Positions 50,191 through 63,141 of a DNA stretch of 64,000 nt are shown one piece after another; the first letter of the stretch is position 1, and every line of letters starts with the position of its first letter. Under the pieces are notes generated by a model. It saw only the letters and a program-made list of their open reading frames with translations, did no database searches and was not told where the DNA came from. Source of the stretch: Octopus sinensis (taxonomy: Eukaryota); contig NC_042998.1 in the NCBI RefSeq assembly GCF_006345805.1, positions 203,608,001-203,672,000 on the forward strand, given 5' to 3'. A program made the position numbers and the translations under genes.

Positions 50191-52599
50191 CAACTTTTCA
50201 AGGGATGGTAATAAGGCTTACGCATTGCACAGTTGATAAGCTGTGTGGCTGTGACCCCGAAGAGAGTGAAGATCGGAAAGATACAGGTTCGGCTGGTGTT
50301 TGAAGATTAATCTAATTGAAAAACTAAGTTTCTCCACATCAAACTGCTCACCGTATTAAACAAACCCTAATCACGTGACTATGGAGATGAACCACGTGAT
50401 ATACTATGTAATTCTACGTGTAATAGGAATGGTGCAGTATAAAGATTCCTGCCTGTTCTATTGCGGTCTGTTTTTCTTAAGGTAATCCGAGGTATTACAT
50501 GGCGTGGTTTTGCCAACGAGGAAACGCTTCACTGAACCTTCACTCACTGGTTACATGTATCAAGGCGACGAGCTGGCAGAATCGTAAGCATGCCGGACAA
50601 AATGCTGAGCGGCATTTCATCCGTCTTTTCGTTCTGAGTTTAAATTCCGCCGAGGTCGACATTGCCTCTCATCCATTCAGCGTAGATGAAATAAGTACCA
50701 GTTACGCACTGGGGTCGATGTAAGTTAGCTGTCACCTCGAAATTGCTGACCTTGTGCCAAAATTTGAAACCGTTGATTACGTATATTTTTGCATCATCAT
50801 CATCATCATCATCATCATTGTCTTCTCCTTCCCACTTCCCCTCCTCCTCATCCTCATCATCCTCATCATCCTCATCACCCTCATCATCATCATCAACAGC
50901 AACAACAGCTACAACCCCCTGGACATTACTTTCTCAAGTCCTGGGACTCAGTACTGGTTACCTGGTCTCCATGGATGAAACCACATCTCTCATTCCCCTC
51001 CCTCCACCTAAACGTAACACCGGTCCGTCGCGGGTTTTGTCCCTTAAAACCGACTGGAAACAACCAATTTGAAGTGAAATGTTTTGCTCTTGAAACACAA
51101 CGCACTGCCTGATCCGGGAATCGAAACCACGATTTAACAACGACCGTGAGGGCAACAGCCCCACTACTGAGCCAGGCGCCTCCTAAGTATTTCTCAGAAG
51201 TAGATAGAAATCCTGTAGCGGGGAAAACGGAGGCACACTGACCCCGCGTCACTGAAATAAATACACGATCAAATGAAATGCTCAAAGTGTTTCTTGGACA
51301 TCAACTTGACAACGACGTCAGAAATAACGTAAGACCAGTCGTGTGTCTGTCGTCATATTACATTTCCAAAGCACTTCTGTCGTCCTTAAAAGTGAATTGT
51401 TAAAAAGCAATGACGTAACCATCGTTAACGATGAACTAATTCGTCTTTGAAGTGGCTTTTATTGATGTCAGGAAAAAAAAAGAAGAGAAACCGGATCTAT
51501 GTTAAATATTTATTTTGCACGTCGCTGTGGAGGCGCAATGGCCCAGTGGTTAGGGCAGCGGACTTGCGGTCATAGGGTCGCGGTTTCGATCCCCAGACAG
51601 GGTTGTGAGTGTTTATTGAGCAAAAATACCCAAAGCTCTACGAGGCTCCAGCATTGGGGTGGTGGCGAACCCTGCTCTATTCTTTCACCACAACTTTCTC
51701 TCACTCTTTCTTCCTTTTTCTGTTGTACCTGTATTTCAAAGGGGCCAGCCTTGTCGCAAACTCTGCGTCACGCTGAATCTCCCCGAGAACTACGTTAAGG
51801 GATACACGTGGAGTGCTCAGCCACTTACACGTTAATTTCACGAGCAGGCTGTTCCGTTGATCGGATCAAATGGAACGCTCGTCGTCGCAACCGACGGAGT
51901 GCCACGATGTGTATTGTGAGTTGGTAGGACCTTACTCTACCATACTATCTCAGTTTGTATGGTTTTAGTATTTTATTCTATGCATGACCTTTATTCTATG
52001 CATGAAGCACATGACTTTACTATTGTATTGTATATCAATTGGTATGATCTTATTATTACATTCTATGACAATTTGTATGGCTTTTACTAATGTATGTCAG
52101 TCGGTATGACTCGATTATAAATAGCATATGAAGAAAGAAAGAAAATTCTAACCGGATAAACCACCTCAATGCGTCTCAGCCAACAGCAACTCTCTGCTCG
52201 AATGGTCCATGGTGTCCCGAAATAATTAATTAAAAGACTCTTTCAGGTGGTGCTATTGAGTAAGTCATGGCCTGGGCCGATAATGGCCGAAACCAATGAA
52301 AGTTGTGATTCAGGAAAACACGCGAATGAAGACGTATAAACACACACACTTTACTCCACACAGGGACACATATGGAGACACGCGTCCACACGTATGGAGA
52401 TGCACGCCCATACATACAAACACGATACATAGTCGCAAAACACACACGCACATGCACACACTCTCAGACATGTACAGACAAGGAGACGGGTACACACAAA
52501 CACACACACGTACACACACACGTACACACACATACATAAAAACACACAAACACGGACATGCAAACACATGAACGTGCAGAATACATACATACAAACAAA

Positions 52600-52740
52600 T
52601 GTACACAGATAAATAGATACATATGTACACACACACACATACATGCACACACACAATACATACATACATACATACATACATACACACACACACAATACAT
52701 ACATACATACATACATATATACATACATACACACACACAA

Positions 52741-52774
<34 letters not shown>

Positions 52775-52842
52775 CATACATACACACACACAATACACAC
52801 ACACATACATGCACACACACAATACATACGTACATACATACA

Positions 52843-52876
<34 letters not shown>

Positions 52877-52919
52877 CATACATGCACACACACAATACAT
52901 ACAGACAGACATACATACA

Positions 52920-52953
<34 letters not shown>

Positions 52954-52972
52954 CATACATGCACACACACAA

Positions 52973-53006
<34 letters not shown>

Positions 53007-53020
53007 CATACATACATAAT
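52600..53020. repeat. (TACA)n array
   Basis: Direct reading. Confidence 0.95.
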
Positions 53021-53394
53021 GGCTGCCCCCTCGTTATCGAGTATGGCCATTGCACGAAGCTTAACTGTTACTGGTGCTGTGATCGAGTGTGAATTTTTAG
53101 TCCAGCTAAAGATCTACAATGTCTTGTACAGAATTGGCAACTAAAACCTTTACCGGTAATAACCGGCTGTAGTTGTAACTGGGCTTCATGTACCTTTGTA
53201 TGTCGTTTAAGTCCTCCTGCCGAATTACACTCTCTTCCACATGCCCGACAGATATGATTAGTATGGTGTGTTACACCACCACCAGTGGCCAGGTTATCAC
53301 TCATCTGTCTCGTTTTATGACAACGAAGATGACTCATGAGTTCAGCTTCACTGAGGCAGGGTCTTGCACAGACATTGCATGTCAGATTCTGACA
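53020..53394 (-). mobile_element. RTE-like LINE extreme 3' end encoding three C2H2 zinc fingers
   Basis: CNVC...HLRCH, CRAC...HTKVH, CQFC...HTRSQH, stop at 53068, short UTR, then a (TATG)n tail; no TGEKP linkers. Confidence 0.65.
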
Positions 53395-53402
53395 TACATA
53401 CA

Positions 53403-53435
<33 letters not shown>

Positions 53436-54126
53436 GTATGTATAAGCACACACACACACTGACCCACACACATACGCACAAACAAACAAAAAGGAACGCA
53501 GTGTGAATAATGGAGAGAGTCAAGACTATTGAAAAGGTTGCAAGACGCAACGAAAATTCCAGAAAACTTAAAAAAAGAAATGTGGGAATTTTCCCGGTGA
53601 GTGTGTTACATTATAAGGCACCAAAAGAGACTGACCCTTCCCACCAGACACAACAAAAAGGACTTCATAAAAGTATAAAAGTATAAATGAACGAAGCAAA
53701 TATAATATTTTAAAAGATGTTCAATAAAATCGCGTGTCTCGGTGCTTCTGGCACATTTTAAATTAATATCCAGCGCACAAAAAGCCATTTACTTCATGGT
53801 CCGGCTGATAACCTGTTTTGTGAATTCCACGGGGCGAAAAGCAAACGATGGGGAGCGGCGGGATTTCCTGTTCAGTTGCCGTGAGGACTATAAAAATAAA
53901 GGAACTTTTCATGTCTTTGACATTACTCTTTTACTCTTTTACTTGTTTGTCATTTGACCGCAGCCATGCTGGAGCACCGCCTTTAGTCGAGCACACCGAC
54001 CCCGGGCTTATTATTTGTAAACCTAGTACTTATTCTATCGGTCTCATTTGCCGAACCGCTATGTTACGGGGACGTAAACACACCAGCATCGGTTGTCAAG
54101 CGATGTTGGAGGGACAAACAGACACA

Positions 54127-54193
<67 letters not shown>

Positions 54194-54194
54194 T

Positions 54195-54226
<32 letters not shown>

Positions 54227-55399
54227 TACGACAGGCTTCTTTCAGTTTCCGTCTACCAAATCCACTCACAAGGCTTTGGTCGGCCCGAAGCTATAGTAGA
54301 AGACACTTGCCCAAAGTCCCACGCAGTGGGACTAAACCCGGAATCATGTGGTTGGTAAGCAAGCTACTTACCACACAGCCCCTCCTACGCATATTGAGGA
54401 AGTACACACATACATATATATATATACTTACATACGCTTATTGAGGAAGCTAAAGTATTGTTGTCGATTGTTGCTGACAAAGGACAAGAGCTTCAATTGT
54501 TAAATGTTTCCCTCCTTAAGGACAACTCCGCTGAACTGGAACTGTTCCCTAAAACCCTTCTAGTGATTTAGTTACTCCATATCGACATTCGTGGGAATTG
54601 AACTCGGGATGTTGAAGAATGAAGCTATGGTTTAATCTGAAGTGATGCATCTTTCTGGTGGTTCATTTGTTCTTTTGAGATATTTATCTCACTTACATAA
54701 TATATAAAGGGACAAATTAACAAAGCTCTTTGAGTAAAATATCGTGTTGTATCTATTTTTTTTTCGTCTTTTCGCTCCGTGTTCAAATCCAGGCGAGGTC
54801 AGTAAAAGTATAATCCCCAATTCGGGTCCCGGGAAGTAGTTTGGTGCAATTGTTAGGACTCCAGGCGACATACCTTGCAGTATTTATTCCATTTATCTTT
54901 TTCTTTTTGCGTTCTGCGTTCAAATCTCGCTTGGGGTAGTAGACTCAAATCGTTGTCCAGTTTAAACACAGCTCCACCTGGTGCTTTCTCCACCTGTTCT
55001 TAACCCCACATAATTCTTGCTCCAGCTGGCCCCTGTTCTGACTAACCCTTGCCGCATTTGGTCGTTACCCGATTTGATCTTTGAGTACCTTTGAATGTAC
55101 TTGATCCACGTCACACATTCGAAGGTAACCACCTCCCTTCTCTTCGCCAATCTCCATCGAAGCTCCTGGAAATGAAAGACGGCCATTTGTGCTAGTTTTC
55201 TTGTCTTCATTAAACGACGTTAGAAAAAAATATATATATAGAGAGAAAGGTGCCGGCTGTGAGGTAAGATGTTTGCTTCCCTCCCACATAGTTCCAAGTT
55301 CAGTCCCACTCCGAGGCAATTTGGGCAAGTGTCTTCTACAATAACCTCGGAAATTCTTGTAAGGAAATTCGATAGATGGAAACAGAAAGAAGCCCGTCG

Positions 55400-56450
55400 T
55401 GTGTGTATGTATGTATGCATACATGTATGTGTGTATGTATGTATGTATGTATGCATGCATGTATGTATGTGTGTATGTATGTATGTATGTGTGTATGTAT
55501 GTATGTATGTGTGTATGTATGTATGTGTGCATGTATGTATGTATGTATGTATGTATGTATGTATGTATGTATGTATGTATGTATGTATGTATGTGTGTAT
55601 GTATGTATGTATGTATGTATGTGTGTATGTATGTATGTATGTATGTATGTATGTGTGTATGTATGTATGTATGTGTGCATGTATGTATGTATGTATGTAT
55701 GAATGTATGTATGTATGTATGTATGTATGTGTGCATGTATATGTATGTATGTATGTGTGTATGTATGTATGTATGTATGATGTATGTATGTATGTGTGTA
55801 TGTATGTATGTATGTATGTATGTATTATGTATGTATGTATGTATGTATGTGTGCATGTATGTATGTATGTATGTATGTGTGTATGTATGTATGTATGTAT
55901 GTATTATGTATGTATGTGTGTATGTATGTATGTATGTATGTATGTTGTATGTATGTATGATGTATGTATGTATGTGTGCATGTATGTATGTATGTATGTA
56001 TGTATGTATGTATGTATGTATGTATGTATGTATGTATGAATGTATGTATGTATGTATGTATGTATGTGTGCATGTATGTATGTATGTATGATGTATGTAT
56101 GTATGTGCATGTATGTATGTATGTATGTATGAATGTATGTATGTATGTATGTATGTATGTATGATGTATGTATGTATGTATGTATGTATGTATGTATGAT
56201 GTATGTATGTATGTATGTATGTATGATGTATGTATGTATGTATGTATGCATGCATGTATGTGTGCATGTATGTATGTATGTATGTATGTATGTATGTATG
56301 TATGTATGCATGTATGTGTGTATGTACGTCCGTACGTCCGTACGTATGTTTGTGCATGTATGTATGTATGTATGCGTGTATGTGTGTATGTATGTTTGTG
56401 CATGCATGTATGTGTGTATGTATGTATGTATGCATGTATGTATGTGTTTG
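55400..56450. repeat. ~1-kb (TATG)n array inside a family A SINE
   Basis: SINE head 55250-55399 and SINE tail 56450-56690 flank the array. Confidence 0.93.
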
Positions 56451-56800
56451 TGTTTGGTCCCAACCACCGCTTGGCTAACGGTGATGATGTGATTTCCCCC
56501 GCACCCTTAACTTAGCGGTTCAACAAAAGTGGTTGGTAGAATAAGTACCAGGCTTCAAATAAATAAATAGATAAATAGATAGATAAATAAATAAAATAAA
56601 ATACCGGGGTCGTTTCATTCGACTAAAAATTCTTCAAGGCAGTGCCCCAGCATGTCCACAATCTAATGAGACTGAAACATCTAAAAGATAAAAAAAAAAA
56701 GAAAAAGGTGAGAGGTGTCGTCATTCGGTGAGATTTGCAACGATACCTGGCGATAGGTGAAATATTAAAGAGATTAAGAGATTAAAAAAGAAGAACGCAA

Positions 56801-56889
56801 ATGACGTCATATCGAAGCATAATTAAAGACAAACGTCTGAAGGTGGACAGGTGAGGTGAGGTAACAACGAACCGAACCTATGACGTCAT
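56801..56889. promoter_or_regulatory. Pair of full CRE palindromes (ATGACGTCAT)
   Basis: TGACGTCA at 56802-56809 and 56881-56888 in non-repetitive-looking DNA; function unknown. Confidence 0.3.
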
Positions 56890-57212
56890 AATATATTAAC
56901 GTAGTTTTGTTTATCGATCCATAAATGACAAATACTGCCGACATCAGAATTTCATAAGAGAAATGAAAGGAAATAAAATGAAATAAAATAAATCGATATT
57001 TGAAGAAAGAATAGAAAAAGAAAATGAATAAATTTTGCTAAAAATGGTCTACGTTAAAAATGATTAAATATTAATTTTATTCTCGTTTGCTTCTTTTTCT
57101 GTTTCGCGGCCTTCCAGGGTTGGAGAATGGTAAACCTGTTTCTGTTACCAAGATTTGTTCTCTACATTTAAAAACACGTTCGGGTTTCTTTTTTAACGTT
57201 GTCTTACAGACG

Positions 57213-57214
<2 letters not shown>

Positions 57215-57251
<37 letters not shown>

Positions 57252-57675
57252 GTGTATATGTGTGTGTGTGTGAGTGTGTGTGTATGTGTGTGTATGTATG
57301 TGTGTGTATGTAAGTGTGTGTGTATGTGAGTGTGCATGTGTGTATGTGTGTGTGTATGTGAGTGTGTGTGTGTGTATGTGTGTGTATGTGTGTATGTGTG
57401 TGTGTGAGTGTGTGTGATTGTGTGTGTATGTGTGTGTGTATGTGTGTGTGAGTGTGTGTATGTGTGTGTGTATGTGTGCATGTGTGTATGTGTGTATGTG
57501 TGTGTGTGTATGTGTGTGTTTCTGTGTGTGTGCGCGTGTGTGATTGTGAGTGTGTATGTGTGTGTGTGAGAGAGTGTATGTATGTGTGCATGTGTGCATG
57601 TGTGCATGTGTGTATCTGTGTATGTGTGTGTGTGCGTGTGTGTAAGTGTGTGTATGTGCATGTGTGTGTGTGTGT
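57215..57675. repeat. Degenerate (TG)n array
   Basis: Direct reading. Confidence 0.95.
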
Positions 57676-59780
57676 TTGACTCTAGCTGCAATGTCTACAC
57701 CTGTTGTGTTGCAGCGATCTCTGTTGTGCTGTCCCTCCATCTTCGTCTCTTTCTATTCTAGATATAAAATACCTGGATGTACGTCTGTCTGTCTGTCTGT
57801 TGTGTTACACCTGAGTCTGTCTGCGTCGTGTTGTTGTTGTATTTCCGTTTGTTGTGTCTGCTTCTCTTGCATCTGTTTCCCTTTCCTTGTCTCAATACTT
57901 TGTTACTTTCTCCATTTATCATTGTTTAGTGATGACATTCCAGCCATGACCATCCCATCTTTAATCTTAAGTATTATATCTGAAACCAAGTTATTCAATA
58001 CACTCTCCCGGTTTTACGAAAATAGAATGTGTAGCTGCTGTTTCTAGGAGATCGAGTGACCTCTGAGACAGCTTATTACTGGTTGATAGTTCATAGAATA
58101 GGTGAGAGAAACTGAACGGGTTTGAATTGACATCTGGTGTCAACTCTCTGTGTTCTGCGTTCAAACCCTGCTCGAGTCAACTTATTAATGCTTTATATTT
58201 AATGATGTTGGCGGGTGTGTACCCAATTTCTACCAGTAATATATTCTACCAATTTCTACCAGTAATATATTCTACCAATTTCTACCAGTAATATACTGAC
58301 CTAAAATCTTTTCCACTAACCCACTGGTACTTATTTTATCGACCTTGAAAGGATGAAAGGCAAAGTCGACCTCGGCGGAATTTGAACTCAGAACGGACCA
58401 AATGCCGCTTAGCATTTCATCCGGCATGGTAACGATTCTTCAAGCTCACCTATATATTTTTCTACAAGTAAGGCCCCGAGCTGGCAGAATCTTTAGCACG
58501 CTGGGCGAAATGCTTAGCTGTATTTCGTCTGCCGTTACGTTCTGAGTTCAAATTCTGCCGAGGTCGATTTTGCCTTTCGTCCTTTCGGGGTCGATTAAAT
58601 AAGTAGCAGTTACGCACTGGGGTCGATATAATCGACTTAATCACTTTGTCTGTCCTTGTTTGTCCCCCCTGTGTTTAGCCCCTTGTGGGTAGTAAAGAAA
58701 TACGTATTTCGTCTGCCGTTACGTTCTGAGTTCAAATTCCGCCGAAGTCGACTTTGTCTTTCATCCTTTCGGGGTCGATAAATAAAGTACCAGTTACGCA
58801 CTGAGGTCGATATAATCGACTTAATCCGTTTGTCGCTCCTTGTTTGTCCTCTCTGTATTTAGCTCCTTGTGGGTAGTAAAGAAAAAGGTATTTCGTCTGC
58901 TGTTAGGTTTTGAGTTCGAATTCCGCCGAGGTCGACTTTGCCGTTTATCCTTTCGGGGTCGATTAAATTAGTACCAGTTACGCACTGGGGTTGATGTAAT
59001 CGACTTAATCCCTTCCTCCCAAAATTTGAGGTCTGTTGCTTTCAGTAGAAAGGATTTATTTTTCTACAAGTAAACTATTCTGAAGTAAACCAATGATTTT
59101 AATCTCTTCCTTTCGACAGTCTCTGCCTTATGTTTACCAATATTTCTCAGCTTTACGACCGTTCCAGATAACAAATCCAAATTAAAGAAACGTTTCATGT
59201 CTCACAGTATGTAGCCGAGTCTGTTGCTCAGGTGTCACTATCATAAAGAGTTAATAAAATACCAGTAATATCATGGTAGACACCCATCTTCACACTGAAT
59301 TACTAACAGTATCTCTATGCATAGCTTTCAGAAGTCATTCCTCTGTATTTTTAACCACAATCAAATTACACGGCATCGAACCTTACCAAAGGCTTTCTTA
59401 AGATGTCTCAGCTTCTTAAGATGACAGCTTTCCGCTGTCATCAGGTTTTCTATGTTGAAAAACAGAGAACCCCCCCCCCCACCAAGTGTTTATATTACCT
59501 GTTTTAAAAAGCTGATGACGGCGAAAACTCTGACAGACAAAATCCTCTTCACATCTTCCATAAGGTCTGTGATAATCTCTCTTATTTTTGTTTGTTTTGA
59601 AGATTTGTTTTATTTCAAAACATTTCAAAATATTTTGACTGTATCAGGCACTTTGTATACATACATACATACATACATACGTGCATACATGCAAACATAT
59701 ATATATATATATATATATATAACATTATTGGTGAATTGAAGAAATGGAGCTGAACGCAGATTGAACAGAAATCGTTTTAT

Positions 59781-59866
59781 TTCATTTACACGTGTTTCGA
59801 AAGGCACAAATTACCAAAATCCGATTGAATAATGGGACCATATTGTGTCTTTCTCTTCAGGAAGAA
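59781..59866 (-). ncRNA. Type I hammerhead ribozyme in the left pLTR (sense to the ORF)
   Basis: Same motif as 63862-63948; this copy lacks one G in the 3' strand of stem I (CACGTGTAAATGAA). Confidence 0.7.
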
Positions 59867-60462
59867 AAAAGGAAATCCGTTAGAGAAAAAAAAACAGAAC
59901 AGGGCGGAGCAAAAAACCAAATCGAACTATGCTCCTAAGAGCCCATGGCGAAACTGTTTATCAGTGTATGCGAGAACCGGTGGCTGAAGAATTCTACAGG
60001 TCAGGCATCGGTCAATCATGTGGGTGAGGGTGTATAGATGTCTTAGTGACCGAGAATAAGTTCTGACTATTTAAGGAATATTGGATGTTTTATAAGGGGC
60101 GAGAAAAAATCTACTTAGAGACGTGTGTGTGTGTGTATACTGTTCTATATATGTGTGTGTTGGCGTAGGGGTAGAAAACATTTTTTGTGTACGTGTGTGC
60201 GTTTGATCGTTCGGCTGTCAGTGGCTACTGCCGTGATACCGTTGGGTGGCAGAAAGAAAAAAAAAATATATATAATATTATGTTTTATGTGTGTGTGGGT
60301 TCATCTGAGCCTGCCTTGTCAAGGAAACCCCCGCTGTGAAAAAACCAAGCCCCGTTTGTCTTACAGGAGTAATTCCCCTTGCAGTGGATAATCGTAGATA
60401 TCTTAAAGGCTATTTCAGAATTTGTTACTAAGGGCTATGGGTGCCGGTATTATTTATAAACG

Positions 60463-63141
60463 CTATTTAAAAGCCAGATAAGTGTAACGCCGCCAATGGG
60501 GGCATCGAAAAGCCGACTGTAAGAGCCCGTTTACCATCCGGCCTCTGGCAAACAAAATATGGAAGAGTTCGGAGACACAAAGGTTGCACTGTCTTCTGCC
60601 CCTATCAAATGGGAGGGCACCGACAAAATTGACCATTCCAGCCTGTAGCTTAAGTCGTATCCTTCAGTCGCCATATTAGCTTACTGAGTCCCGTGGTCTG
60701 GCGCTTGTTCACGTCCCGAAAAGTTGCGTAATGATTGGAGACACGCAAAGAAATCTTGAGGATGATGCCCCTACATAAGTGAAGACATCTGAGTCCGTGT
60801 AAACCTTGCATTGTAGTAGACGGCGTTTTTGATCTTGGAGTTCGCCGACGTGAATCTTAATCTGCTAGGATTAGTTTCTGAAATTAGAACTGCGTTCCTG
60901 TCACTATATTCGTTCCGAGACCTGCAGCCGCTTACTACTCTATTTTCCACTACGTCACTATTAACTATAGGAATAACCCCTGATTCTCCACTATCTATCA
61001 GAGTGCTGTCATTGCTACTGCCCGTGGTACTGCTATTGCGGGAAATGATGCTGGGGATGCTAATGGGGCTCTCTACCCTACTCCCATTGTTACCGTCAAC
61101 CACACACCCCTATTTATAAATACCCCTAGTGGGTACTCCCTGGCTGGAGATGAGATTATGTGTCACTGTACTGGCTCTCATATCATTATTACTACTATAA
61201 TAATTCCTACTGAGCATTAAACCGGGAGCGGAAGAGGCTGTGCCTCCGGAAAAGGTGATAGGGTCTTAGTAAGTAGCCTATTATTATGGGAGCGCGATTA
61301 TCTGGGCGAGGTTTTTAGTGTTGGAGAAAGCTATCCTAACTTTATGTGAGTTAACCGAGGAGTAATATTTGGAATTTCTGGGGAAGTTATTGGCGATGGC
61401 TTGTCTAAACAAGAGGGGGAGGTTAGTTCTAATCTGCTTACCAAAGGGGATTACAAACCATATATGCTTATTCCTATCAGTGTGATGGGTCGGGACGCCA
61501 GCTCTCGCACTCTGGTGGGTGATTCTCGGATAAATAACGGGTCTTGGGTTAGTGTAAGACCTCCCGGACCGATAATTATCCTGTTCGCTAAATTAAATGC
61601 GGGGGCGACTACCCCGGCATCCGCCGCGCTCCCGTCCTTACTTAAAATGTTAATGTTATTATATACGGCCCTATCCTGATGACCTAATGATGGCATCGGA
61701 AGGGCCGGATCAATATAAATTACCTTCTGCTATAACCGGCCTTGGACAGTGCGGCGTTATAAAATTCCGCTTTCTGCATAAAAATATCGGCACTGGCGGA
61801 CAAGCCAGACAATCTTAGAGAGATGTTTTTAACCAAATTGTCTGTTACGGTTTTGGCATGATTTGAGAAGACACTGACATACTTCAAATTAGTGGAAGGC
61901 TTATGGTAAGGGCAGTATGAGTCGCTATTAAGGTTAAGTGTAACGTCTAGGAAATTAGCCTTGGTGAGTTCATTATCAAAAACTATACTCATGCCCATTC
62001 TATTAAAAAACCTAGCTAACCTGCTCTTAGTTTTCTGCACTATTCTGTTCGTGGTGTTTTGCAGGTAAAACAGACAATCGTCACGATACAGGCCGCCCGC
62101 GATCTCCGGGAATTGGTCGGACAATTTCTAGAGAATATATATTCCGACTAAATCGGCTATCTGCGCACTATCCGAACTACCCATAGGCACATCAAATTCA
62201 TTGGGAGTATTTTTACGGATCCACAACTTATTATCAAACTTAATAAACGATTTCCTGGCAACTAAAATGATATCTATCTCTTCTCTGGTGAGGCCAGCCT
62301 TGTTGTGAGCATGCCAGAGGGCCTTATTTAGCACACTAGGGTTAATCGAGGGGTAGAAGCTGGCGATATCAAACTGAATGAACCTAGTACGGTTCTTATT
62401 GGATGGATGGAAGAGAACCACTTCACTACCTGGGAGGAGTTGGCCCAGAGGCTGAGCTTCAGCTTGTTTACTAACTAGGGATATATTTATCTAAAATGTA
62501 CTTACTGATTATCCCGATATCAGATCTAGCAGGGCATATGAGTCTTAGCGCTGGGTTGGTGTGGAAGTTAGGCTTATGGTCCTTCACTATAAATCTGGGT
62601 TGCTTGGGGCTAAGCGGCTGAGTTCTCATTGAATTCGGTGTTTAAATATTATTTCCTTAATTCCAAGTTAACCTTCCTCAGGGACTCCAATTGGTTTTTC
62701 TATAATTTTTCTTGATCTCTTTACCGAGTAAATCTAGGTACTCCTTAATGGGCATCTTGTATGTGTTCCTGGTCTTGTCGGACTGGACCGGACTCCGTCC
62801 GATCTATTAATGTCCTTGGTAATTTTATCTAGGTATCTGAGGTGGGCATTTCTCCTGGGTGACTTCCTGAACTTAATCTTTCTAACTATGTCCCACAAGT
62901 CGTCCTCAAACTTCTTCAGTCTTGGGTTCGGTGGCGGCGTATCCAATGTTTTAAAAAGCCGGCCGTATTCGGACGATGCCGTTGTCCGGTTCGATTTTAG
63001 ATCTTCGTTCTCGTGGAAGAAAATGAGCCATCTTATCCGGTTTATGAATGCGTTGGTTTTACAAACCAACTCCTTAAGGAAGGCATCCTTTGGTGGTATA
63101 GGAATATCCTTAAGGGACGCATCAATCTCGAACAACTCCAT
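60463..63141 (-). pseudogene. PLE reverse transcriptase + GIY-YIG endonuclease ORF, broken by several frameshifts
   Basis: RT motifs FDIASFYPSI, VPMGSSDSAQIADLVG, LYRDD, NFLDVTLNL. Endonuclease segments AVY...TYVGA, RVSNHYATFR...TGLSKLIWRLKD, CNLCVSE and RCPHWRRY are read across frames. Confidence 0.9.

Noticed and set aside
54960-55210. Possible Tx1/L1 LINE 3' fragment
   Set aside because: The resemblance is too weak to support by eye.
55065-56492. Long ORFs of up to 456 aa (HTYI/MYVC repeats), with similar ones at 5677-6207, 13384-14079, 52310-53055 and 57077-57740
   Set aside because: They are translations of stop-free microsatellites, with no coding signal.
57090-57200. Strong-looking splice acceptor (tttttctgtttcgcggccttccag)
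   Set aside because: No supported exon partner or recognisable peptide.
59400-59540. Two CTGATGA motifs next to the PLE
   Set aside because: Neither has a complete stem II + GAAA + stem III arrangement; at best decayed hammerheads.
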